Positions 28,175 to 36,342 of a stretch of 64,000 nt of DNA are shown here, piece by piece. The position numbers were made by a program, and so were the translations under genes. The notes under the pieces are model-generated. The model saw nothing but the letters and a program-made list of their open reading frames with translations, did not search any database and was not told the origin of the DNA. Location of the stretch: positions 11,195 to 75,194 of the forward strand of contig CATLHA010000002.1 of the NCBI GenBank assembly GCA_949948745.1, in the 5' to 3' direction. The stretch comes from an uncultured Bacillales bacterium (GTDB taxonomy: Bacteria; Bacillota_I; Bacilli_A; RF39; UBA660). Position 1 is the stretch's first letter. Each line of letters starts with the position of its first letter.

Positions 28175-28705
28175 CTATTTTTCTTTTTTTGGTGCTAATA
28201 ACATTATCATAGTTCTACCATCCAATTTTGCTGCCTGTTCAATTATTGAAATATCTTCTAATTTTGCGGCAAACTTATCTAGTACTTCTTTTCCTAATTC
28301 AGTATGTGCCATTTGTCTACCTTTAAAACGAATAGAAAGTTTTATTTTATCTCCCTTTTCAAGATATTTAGACACATTTCTTAATTTCGTTTCAAAATCT
28401 CCAATATCGATTACTGGTGATAAACGAAATTCCTTTAATTGTGAACTAGCTGCACGCTGTTTCTTAGTTGCCTCTTTTTCTTTCTTTTGTTTTTCATAAC
28501 GATATTTGTTATAATCCATCACTTTACAAACTGGTGGATTTCCATTTGGATTCATTAAAACCAAATCTAGTCCTGCGTAGCTTGCCAGTGTCAAAGCATC
28601 TTTGATTGGCTTTACACCAACTTGTTCACCATTAGGACCAATAACTAGAACATTACTTGCTTTAATTTGTTCATTGATCAGTAGACCATTCTTATTGTTT
28701 GCTAT
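28175..28705 (-). CDS. infC: translation initiation factor IF-3, probable non-AUG (AUA/AUU) start
   Basis: IF3 N- and C-domains (…INEQIKASNVLVIGPNGEQVGV…). The only in-frame ATG (28720) sits inside the SD GGAGGTG, so the start is inferred at the ATA of YIANN. Confidence 0.8.
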   Translation of the reverse strand: MANNKNGLLINEQIKASNVLVIGPNGEQVGVKPIKDALTLASYAGLDLVLMNPNGNPPVCKVMDYNKYRYEKQKKEKEATKKQRAASSQLKEFRLSPVIDIGDFETKLRNVSKYLEKGDKIKLSIRFKGRQMAHTELGKEVLDKFAAKLEDISIIEQAAKLDGRTMIMLLAPKKEK

Positions 28706-28720
28706 ATAAAACACCTCCAT

Positions 28721-28855
28721 TAAATATAAAAGGTGGATTTCTTAAAATCCACCCAAAAGCACACAATTATATCAAATAATTTTATTGGCTCTTTACCTAC
28801 TACTATTCGCAAGTCAGGTGGATTTCAAATCGCTTTCCTTTTAATTTCGTTTACT
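28721..28855 (-). promoter_or_regulatory. L20 leader-like autoregulatory attenuator of the infC-rpmI-rplT operon
   Basis: Three copies of the AAATCCACC / GGTGGATTT element, including a GGGTGGATTT-TAAGA-AATCCACC hairpin followed by a U-run. The upstream copy allows an alternative pairing. Confidence 0.55.
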
Positions 28856-28884
28856 ATTATAATAAGAATATTAACAAATGTCAA
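28856..28884 (-). promoter_or_regulatory. consensus sigma-A promoter TTGACA-17-TATAAT for the infC operon
   Basis: Exact hexamers with a 17-nt spacer on the minus strand. Confidence 0.65.
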
Positions 28885-28892
28885 CAAAAATA

Positions 28893-28922
28893 TTAAAAAA
28901 AGGTAGATATCTACCTTTTTTA
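28893..28922 (-). terminator. intrinsic terminator after the 932-aa gene
   Basis: GGTAGATATCTACC hairpin followed by T7. Confidence 0.6.
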
Positions 28923-28932
28923 TGCAATGATA

Positions 28933-31731
28933 CTACTTAGACTTTGAAGAATCTTCAGTTAATTCAGAAGTTTCTGAAGTTTGTTCCATAGTCATATTTT
29001 CAGTAGCAACTTCAGCAGCAAGTTCATTAATGGCTTGATTAACAATATCTTCACTAACAATATCAGAAGCATATGCAGCAGCTTGATCTTGATCGTATTG
29101 TTCCATTGCTAAATTAATTTGATTAATGATATCCTCATCACTAAATATATTTAATTTTCCGCCTTCAACTGAAGAATCTACAATTGGAACAAAGCCCTCA
29201 GGTAAATCAAATTCATCTTCATTACCTTCTTCTTGTTTCTTCTTTTCTTCCTCTTCTTGTCTTTTTCTTTCTTCTTCTTCTTGTCTTTTTCTTTCTTCTT
29301 CTTCTCGTTTTTTTCTTTCTTCTTCTTGACGACGTTTTTCTTCCTCAAGATCTTTGTTTGTATCTTCACTATTAGAATCATTGATTACATCCTGAATAGT
29401 TGTACTACCAGTTCCATCAGTGCTAATATTTTCAATATAATCACTTATAATAGAATCACCTAAACCTGATTCATTTTTAGTTTCTCCACCAGTAATTAGT
29501 CCTAATTTTCTTGCTTCTTCCTCGGCAGTTTTATCCCCAGCATTAGCTCTATTGATTAAATTAGTGTTATATTCTGCAATACCTGCGTTTTTACCATCTG
29601 TATAACCTAATTTAGCAGAATTATTTAAAGCAGTAGCATTATCACCAGTAGCATTATAATTCATGTAACGAGATTCTTCAGCTGGAGCACTTGCATTACT
29701 ACCATATTGTTTATAATAGTTGAATGCTGATTTATATGCTTCATTATAAACTGATTGAGATTGTTGTTCAATTTTGTCTACTTCAGCTTCAGCTTTTTTC
29801 TGAGTTTCAGCATTATCTTTACCTAAAATACCTTGTTTTTGATTAGCTTCCTCTTCTGCTTTATTTAACATTTCTTCAGCTTGCGCAGCAGTAGCTCCAC
29901 GATTAATTAATTCATCCTTAGCAGCTGCTCTATTTTCCTCCATAGTACCTTGAGAGAAAGTTACAGGATTAGTAGCACCGTTTCCTTTTCCATTACCCTT
30001 AGAACCATAATTTACAGATAAACTATCCTTTATTCTCATAACTTCTTTTGCCCATTTTTCAGCAAATACTTCTGTATGAGATGGATATCTATTTAATTCT
30101 AACATTTTAGTTCTAATTAATTCTTCAATATCAGTAACAGCATAAGTTCTTTCACGAAGCTCATCTAACTTAGAAACAACTTGAGTTGTAGAAATACTAT
30201 TAAGATCTTCTTCAGTAAGAGATTCACCATTAGCAATTCTTTGACGAATCATTTCTAATTGTTGTTCACTAGATAAATCTACATCTGCATTTTGCATATC
30301 ACGAATGTATTCATTAGCACTTGTAATTTTTCCATAAATATATTCACAAGTAGCATCTGTAATACTCATAACATTACTTGATTTATTAATATAATATCCA
30401 TTAGAATTATATCCAACACGTTTTAAATAATTCTCACTATCAAAATTTTGCATTCCTGTACGGAACCAAGCATCAAATTGTGGTCCAAACAAGTCTGTTT
30501 TAACTTCGATTGGTTGTTCACTACCATTTTTATAGATTAATTCTTTTCCAGTATAGTTATAAGCTTTACAGAACTCCGTATCAGCAATATACATAGTTCT
30601 TGAAATAAATGCAGTAGCTTCATCACTAACTTTTGTATCTGAATCTGTAATATCACTAGCAAAAATATCATCATATAATGCACGTTGTGCTTCAGCAGCA
30701 GCTTTTCTATCTTTATCATTTTCTGCATTTAACATTGCATTATGACCTTCGATAAATTTACGTACAATTTCTTTATCGTGAGCTGTATCAAAGAATGCTG
30801 TTACAGCATCAATATCCTCTGTACTTAAAGCTCCATCTTTAAACCATTGTTGGAATACTTCATAAGCTTGTTGAATAATAACTGTAGAATCTTCCATAAG
30901 TGGTTTTCCTTGTTCATCAAACATTGGATTACCATCATTATCAAGCATAGGAATTTGATTAAACAATTCCCCTCCCATAATTTCAGCAATCTCTTCATCT
31001 GAATAATTATGAGAAACTAAATAAAGTAATCTAGCTTGAGGAACTGTAAGACCTAACTTTCCTTCTACACCAGCTTCACTTGTATAAGTATGTGTAGACA
31101 TACGAGTATTAAGAGCATCATATGCTGGATAGAAATTATCTTGATAGAAAGTAGCTTGTAAACTTTCAGGAGCATTTTCTACATAAAACTCCCAACTAGT
31201 TCCTTTAATCTCAGCTTTGGTAACAGTTTGTTCTTCTGTAACTTCATTTTGAACTTCCTCTTTTTCTTCCTTGTTACGAGCTTGAGAAATAAGATAGGCT
31301 CCCCCACCAATTGCAGCAGCACCAACAGCAGTACCTGCACCGATACCTACAGCCTTTAATATCTTACTTTTCCTTTCATTCTTTAAACAATCTTCTAAAT
31401 AATTCTCATATTCATCAACTACAAGAGAATAATCATCTTCATTAAAAACACCTCTAGCAATTGATTTATCTTCATATTGAGTAAAAACTGCTTTTATATT
31501 ACTCCTGTCTATGTTTTGTGCTTTCATAGACCTTTTAATCAAGTTATCCACTGCACGAGTTGCAGCCTCTCTTTCATCTTCTTCAGGAGTAATTCTAATG
31601 TAACTACCATCATTTAATTCAATAATTGTGTCTAATAAGCAGGCATCTAAATTAGAAGTATCAGTCAAAGACGAAACATGAGTAACGTCTTGACCTTTAA
31701 TTCCTCTTAAATCTCTATAAGTCATATCCAT
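28933..31731 (-). CDS. large single-pass membrane protein with coiled-coil and Glu/Lys/Arg-rich repeats (932 aa)
   Basis: A TM segment at AVGIGAGTAVGAAAIGGGAYLI follows a ~125-aa N-terminal domain. The C-terminal part contains EEEKRRQEEERKKREEEERKRQEEEERKRQEEEEKKKQEE. Confidence 0.6.
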   Translation of the reverse strand: MDMTYRDLRGIKGQDVTHVSSLTDTSNLDACLLDTIIELNDGSYIRITPEEDEREAATRAVDNLIKRSMKAQNIDRSNIKAVFTQYEDKSIARGVFNEDDYSLVVDEYENYLEDCLKNERKSKILKAVGIGAGTAVGAAAIGGGAYLISQARNKEEKEEVQNEVTEEQTVTKAEIKGTSWEFYVENAPESLQATFYQDNFYPAYDALNTRMSTHTYTSEAGVEGKLGLTVPQARLLYLVSHNYSDEEIAEIMGGELFNQIPMLDNDGNPMFDEQGKPLMEDSTVIIQQAYEVFQQWFKDGALSTEDIDAVTAFFDTAHDKEIVRKFIEGHNAMLNAENDKDRKAAAEAQRALYDDIFASDITDSDTKVSDEATAFISRTMYIADTEFCKAYNYTGKELIYKNGSEQPIEVKTDLFGPQFDAWFRTGMQNFDSENYLKRVGYNSNGYYINKSSNVMSITDATCEYIYGKITSANEYIRDMQNADVDLSSEQQLEMIRQRIANGESLTEEDLNSISTTQVVSKLDELRERTYAVTDIEELIRTKMLELNRYPSHTEVFAEKWAKEVMRIKDSLSVNYGSKGNGKGNGATNPVTFSQGTMEENRAAAKDELINRGATAAQAEEMLNKAEEEANQKQGILGKDNAETQKKAEAEVDKIEQQSQSVYNEAYKSAFNYYKQYGSNASAPAEESRYMNYNATGDNATALNNSAKLGYTDGKNAGIAEYNTNLINRANAGDKTAEEEARKLGLITGGETKNESGLGDSIISDYIENISTDGTGSTTIQDVINDSNSEDTNKDLEEEKRRQEEERKKREEEERKRQEEEERKRQEEEEKKKQEEGNEDEFDLPEGFVPIVDSSVEGGKLNIFSDEDIINQINLAMEQYDQDQAAAYASDIVSEDIVNQAINELAAEVATENMTMEQTSETSELTEDSSKSK
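29215..29340. repeat. 27-nt tandem repeats (tcttcttcttgtctttttctttcttct-like) encoding the (EEERKRQEE)n tract
   Basis: Directly visible tandem periodicity in the coding sequence. Confidence 0.7.
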
Positions 31732-31750
31732 AAATTTTCCCTCCTATTCT

Positions 31751-33181
31751 TTATTTGCAATATTTACCAGTATATCCATAACCATTGTTCAATAAATTTC
31801 TATCATTATAAGTTGAACATTGTTTATATGTTTTTTGTGCTACAACAGAAGTACATGTTTTTTCACGATAGAAGTGAACATCACCATATAATTTTTGCTC
31901 TGGTTGAACTTGCACCTTAGTAGCAGTTGTTTTAATACGATTTACATAAACAGGTAAAGAACGAGTTTCAATATCTGTACAAGTAGCTGTTACTTGTAAT
32001 GGGCTTGAATAAGCAGTTCCACTACGAACCTGTTGTCTATATAATGTGGTTGGATGATTTACACAATCTCCAGTACAATTTTCCCAATCTACCCCAACTG
32101 GAATCCAACGAGATGTTGGTGTATCAGCAGGTGGATTTTGTCCTGTATAAGTTTGACCAGAATACTTCCAATCGCCACTTACTTGATAAATTGTACCATT
32201 GTTACCACCAGATACTACATAAGAATAATTTTTACATACTTTATAGTTATAAGTACCAACTTGTTCTTGTACATTTGTTTTTACATATACAGTTTGATAT
32301 TTAGCTGTAATCGTACCAACTTGAACACGTTTAATACCAAGATCTTCAACTACACGGTTAATTGTATTAATTGGAGTAATTGATTGACCTTTTGCTAACA
32401 TTTTTGTAGTCCAACTTGACCAGTTTGCACAATAAGCACTTTCTGTTTTTGAATATTCATATTTTGTATTTGGTTTTTGTGTTGGCGGTGGTGTTGGCGT
32501 TGGTGTCGGTGTTGGTGGTGGTGTTGTTGGTTTGTCTGTTGGTGGCGGTGTTGTCGGCTTGTCTGTTGGTGGCGGTGTTGTCGGCTTGCAAGAAGGACAA
32601 GGTGTGCATGTTGGACAAGGTATTGTTGTAGGTTTTGGTACATAAGTTGGAACTGTAGTTGGTCTTTGTGTTGGAACTGGAGTTTTCTTAGGTGGTGTTA
32701 CTGGTTTAACAGGTTCCTCTTCCTTCTTCTCACAAATATCAGTTGTACAATATGCATAGCATCCTAAATGTACTAAAATATAGTTTTCCTCTTCACCACA
32801 TTTTAAATTAACTTTCATTAAGTATTCAGTTTCTTGTTTTTCAATTGTTACATATGATGCAGTAACATCACACGAATCTCCATTCTTATCTACAAATGGA
32901 ACTAATAACTTCATGTCATACATTTGTTGTAATGTAAGAGTTTTCTTATCCCCTACATTTTGAGGCAATCTCTCAGATGTATAATATGTGATTGCAGCAT
33001 TCTTCATTTCTTGAATATTAGAATTGAAGATTTGACTCTTTAATGGATTTAAAGCATCCAAATAAGAATCGAAGTTTGGCTTAGGTACTAGCCAAATTAA
33101 TAATAATACAAAGATGATAATTAAAATTAATTTAAGTAAAAATTCTTTAAGTAAATTACTTTTTCTTTCTTCAGTATACAT
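31751..33181 (-). CDS. membrane-anchored protein with long Pro/Thr-rich linker and Cys-rich C-terminal domain
   Basis: N-terminal TM LLKLILIIIFVLLLIWLV; linker (KPTTPPPTD)n plus TPTPTPTPPPT; start at MYTEE after SD GGGGGAGAG. Confidence 0.6.
   Translation of the reverse strand: MYTEERKSNLLKEFLLKLILIIIFVLLLIWLVPKPNFDSYLDALNPLKSQIFNSNIQEMKNAAITYYTSERLPQNVGDKKTLTLQQMYDMKLLVPFVDKNGDSCDVTASYVTIEKQETEYLMKVNLKCGEEENYILVHLGCYAYCTTDICEKKEEEPVKPVTPPKKTPVPTQRPTTVPTYVPKPTTIPCPTCTPCPSCKPTTPPPTDKPTTPPPTDKPTTPPPTPTPTPTPPPTQKPNTKYEYSKTESAYCANWSSWTTKMLAKGQSITPINTINRVVEDLGIKRVQVGTITAKYQTVYVKTNVQEQVGTYNYKVCKNYSYVVSGGNNGTIYQVSGDWKYSGQTYTGQNPPADTPTSRWIPVGVDWENCTGDCVNHPTTLYRQQVRSGTAYSSPLQVTATCTDIETRSLPVYVNRIKTTATKVQVQPEQKLYGDVHFYREKTCTSVVAQKTYKQCSTYNDRNLLNNGYGYTGKYCK
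32470..32610. repeat. 27-nt tandem repeats encoding the PTTPPPTDK linker
   Basis: ttgtctgttggtggcggtgttgtcggc repeated 2-3 times plus degenerate GGTGTTGG units. Confidence 0.7.
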
Positions 33182-33237
33182 ATACTCTCCCCCTTTGGTT
33201 AATATGTGCCATATTATAGCACAAACCAAATTATTTG

Positions 33238-33498
33238 TCAATTATTTTTTCTAAGTGTAACGACTGTAGTACCAACATTAAAAAAATCTACATAAAAGCT
33301 TTCTACTAGCTTTTCTTTTTCTAACACTTCTCTTACCGTCTTTTTTAAAACACCCGTACCAATTCCATGAATGATAACCACTTTTTCATCACCCATCTTG
33401 TAATGATCTCGTATAAATTCTCTAACAAGTATTCTAGTAATCTCACGGTCCATTCCATGGAGATCCAAACTTGGAATATTAGATAACAAAATCATCAC
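33238..33498 (-). CDS. Smr (small MutS-related) domain protein
   Basis: LDLHGM…VVIIHGIGTGVLKKTV pattern; 86 aa. Confidence 0.7.
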   Translation of the reverse strand: MMILLSNIPSLDLHGMDREITRILVREFIRDHYKMGDEKVVIIHGIGTGVLKKTVREVLEKEKLVESFYVDFFNVGTTVVTLRKNN

Positions 33499-34387
33499 CG
33501 TATTCTAACACTTCTTTTAATTCTGGCATAGAATTTTTTCCTCCTAACTTCATAACAGATAAAGCACCTGCTATATTAGAAAATCGAAGTGCATCATATA
33601 ATTTGTAGCCATTACACAAAAAATAAGTAAATGCTCCGTGAAAGATATCACCAGCAGCTGTAGAATCTACTGGGTTGATAATACTAAGTGTTTCTACTAC
33701 TACTGATTTTCCATCAATTCTAGTAAAGGATCCTTTAGAGCCTAAAGTAATAACTACAGTATTATAGAAATCATCTACTAACTTTTGATAGGCCATCTCT
33801 AGAGTATCTAAGTTTTCAATAGATAATTGAATTTTCGTATACTCTTCCGCAAAATCTTTAGAACAAACCAAAAATTTTACATATGGACAAAGTGCAACAA
33901 TACCAGGCTTTAAATTGCCAGCATCTAATACGCTTATTGCATCCGGATACTTTTCAAGCAAATACTTTGAAACGTCAGGTTCTTCTCCATCCACTAAAAT
34001 TGCAGTAGGATTAAAATTAAAGTTCCTATTTTCAACATATGTTTTCTTATCTCTAGAAACAATAATTGTACGACTACCATTACTAAAGTTTGCCAAAATA
34101 TAACTTGTACTTGTGTGAAAGGTATCAGAAGTCTCTAAGTAATCAATATTAGTACCGACCTTTTTAAATTCTTCTTTTATTCTTTCTCCATATAAATCTT
34201 GACCTACAATACCAACAAACGAAGTATCCATCCCCCATTTTGATAAAAGATAGGCAGCATTTGCAGCAGCCCCTCCTCCACATTCAACACCAGGAGAAAT
34301 TCTCATTTTTGTATTTTCTATAGGATATTGTTCAATAGGTAATGTAATGTCATATGCGGCATGACCAATGCATATTATCTTTTGCAT
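33479..34387 (-). CDS. PfkB-family carbohydrate kinase
   Basis: GGAAANAAY and DSTAAGDIFHGAF signatures. Confidence 0.8.
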   Translation of the reverse strand: MQKIICIGHAAYDITLPIEQYPIENTKMRISPGVECGGGAAANAAYLLSKWGMDTSFVGIVGQDLYGERIKEEFKKVGTNIDYLETSDTFHTSTSYILANFSNGSRTIIVSRDKKTYVENRNFNFNPTAILVDGEEPDVSKYLLEKYPDAISVLDAGNLKPGIVALCPYVKFLVCSKDFAEEYTKIQLSIENLDTLEMAYQKLVDDFYNTVVITLGSKGSFTRIDGKSVVVETLSIINPVDSTAAGDIFHGAFTYFLCNGYKLYDALRFSNIAGALSVMKLGGKNSMPELKEVLEYGDDFVI

Positions 34388-34409
34388 ATTTTACCACCTA
34401 TACTCATTA

Positions 34410-34445
34410 TAGCAAAAAAAGAATTGTCTTGAAAGACAATTCTTT
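34410..34445 (-). terminator. intrinsic terminator after the PMT-like gene
   Basis: AAAAGAATTGTCTT-TCA-AGACAATTCTTTT plus T7, followed by an extended -10 TGCTATAAT for the kinase gene. Confidence 0.6.
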
Positions 34446-34476
34446 TAATTTTATTCATTTTTTTATCTATTGACAT

Positions 34477-36201
34477 TTAGAAAAACCAAGTTGAAAACCA
34501 ACGAAGAGTATCTAAATATGTTCTAGAAACTAGAAGTCCAGATACTGCTGGATAAAAATAAGAAAATAAGAAAATAACAACAGCAATATAAAATACCATA
34601 AAACTATTATTTTTCATCTTTTCACATATAAATTTAACGAAAGCAACAACTGCTAACATCAAAAATGGTAAAGTTGGGAAGAAATGATACATAAACATTG
34701 CTCTTCCTATAAACATATATGGTAACCAAGTACAAAGAATAAATAACACTACATAACTTTCTTCTTTATTTCTCTTCATTAAACTCATAATAAGTGCAAA
34801 AATACTAGCGATAATACCAAACCACCATATAGCTGGATTTCCAATACCTACAATAGTACCCCTCATAGTAGTACCTAAATATCCACCATAATACCAAACA
34901 GGTCTTTGCATAATTGGCCAAGTATACCATACAGAAGAAAAATCATGTCCTTCTTGAAGCCCAGAATGGTAATCAAACATCCACCCCATCTGTCTAAATA
35001 CATCACTAATGCTATGAACTTCCTCAGGATATACTCTAGGGAATAATAAATATGATGCAAAATAAATAATAGCTGGAATGAATACAAATACTAAAACACA
35101 ATATCCAATAATAGTAAGCAATTCTTTTTTATCATTCTTTGTTTGTCTCTTCTTATAGAAATATTTAAAGAACAAATCAACAAAGAATGCAATAGCAAGT
35201 GCAAGTCCTGCATATAAACCAGTCCATTTTGTAGAAATAGCACAACCGATGAATAAACCAGAAAGTCCTAGATTAATAAATTTCTTTTTTAATGGTTCCT
35301 TTTTCTCTAAAGTAATATACTTAAACATATATAAGGCACTTAGCATAATAAATAATACTAAGAATGTATCCACAGTTCCCATTCTAGATTGCGCAAAATG
35401 GAAATTATCAAACATCATAAGAATAGCCGCTAAAAATCCCCATCTACGGTCCTTAAATATTGTCTTACCTAAAGCATACATTACAGCAATCATCAAGATA
35501 CCTGCAATATTTCCCATCAAACGATAAAAGAATGGTGCCATTCCAAAAATTGCAATTGGAATTGCCTGAATTAATTTACCTAAAGGTGGATGAACCCACT
35601 CCATAACATTAATTCCATGCACATATTGATAAGCACTTCTAGCAAAATAAACTTCATCAAAATACGCACTATTTTTATAACTAATAATTGCAGGAACTAC
35701 ATCCTTCTCATCAATCATCAGTTTGGCTTTCTCATTTTCAGAGATTGCTTCTACCTTATCACCATAAGTATCATATAATTGAATTTCTCCAATATGAGTC
35801 CCAGGTTGTCGAGAAATTAACTTAATATATTTTAAATCTTGATTAATTTCAAAATCATCCCAAGCAAATGACATTGTCTGTTCAACTGTTACTGCAAAAT
35901 TATATGTTTCATTATCACTAGAATAATAAATATCATATGTACCATTAGAGTCTCCAGCAAACATACGAATTTTTGAGATTCCCTCAGCAGTATCCCCTAC
36001 TGAGAAGACAATTTCATCTCCTGTATTTTGGAACTCATAAAAAGTTTGTGGATTTTTTGTAGAACCAAGGTTAATAAATGAAAAAATTCCATACACTAAA
36101 ACCAAAACTCCTATAATAATCCAATCTGTTTTATGAAGTTCTCTCGTTGTATCACTAAATTTCTGCCAAAATTGTTTAAATTTTGACTTATCCTTTTCCA
36201 T
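34477..36201 (-). CDS. GT39 (PMT-like) dolichyl/polyprenyl-phosphate-mannose protein mannosyltransferase family membrane glycosyltransferase
   Basis: Polytopic protein with YFDEVYFARSAYQY…EWVHPPLGK (the DE/HPPLxK loop motif of the PMT family) after a ~180-aa N-terminal extracytoplasmic domain. Confidence 0.7.
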   Translation of the reverse strand: MEKDKSKFKQFWQKFSDTTRELHKTDWIIIGVLVLVYGIFSFINLGSTKNPQTFYEFQNTGDEIVFSVGDTAEGISKIRMFAGDSNGTYDIYYSSDNETYNFAVTVEQTMSFAWDDFEINQDLKYIKLISRQPGTHIGEIQLYDTYGDKVEAISENEKAKLMIDEKDVVPAIISYKNSAYFDEVYFARSAYQYVHGINVMEWVHPPLGKLIQAIPIAIFGMAPFFYRLMGNIAGILMIAVMYALGKTIFKDRRWGFLAAILMMFDNFHFAQSRMGTVDTFLVLFIMLSALYMFKYITLEKKEPLKKKFINLGLSGLFIGCAISTKWTGLYAGLALAIAFFVDLFFKYFYKKRQTKNDKKELLTIIGYCVLVFVFIPAIIYFASYLLFPRVYPEEVHSISDVFRQMGWMFDYHSGLQEGHDFSSVWYTWPIMQRPVWYYGGYLGTTMRGTIVGIGNPAIWWFGIIASIFALIMSLMKRNKEESYVVLFILCTWLPYMFIGRAMFMYHFFPTLPFLMLAVVAFVKFICEKMKNNSFMVFYIAVVIFLFSYFYPAVSGLLVSRTYLDTLRWFSTWFF

Positions 36202-36237
36202 ATTTTTAGCCTCCTATCATATATAATGATATCAAAA

Positions 36238-36270
36238 AAAAAAGCATCTTGGAAGATGCTTTCTTTATTT
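36238..36270. terminator. bidirectional hairpin terminator downstream of ppdK
   Basis: AAGCATCTTCCAAGATGCTT flanked by A/T runs. Confidence 0.6.
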
Positions 36271-36342
36271 TTTTTAATTTTATGTAAATATAATTGTAGC
36301 CTTTTTTATATAATGATTATTTATAATAACCTTATTTTGTTC

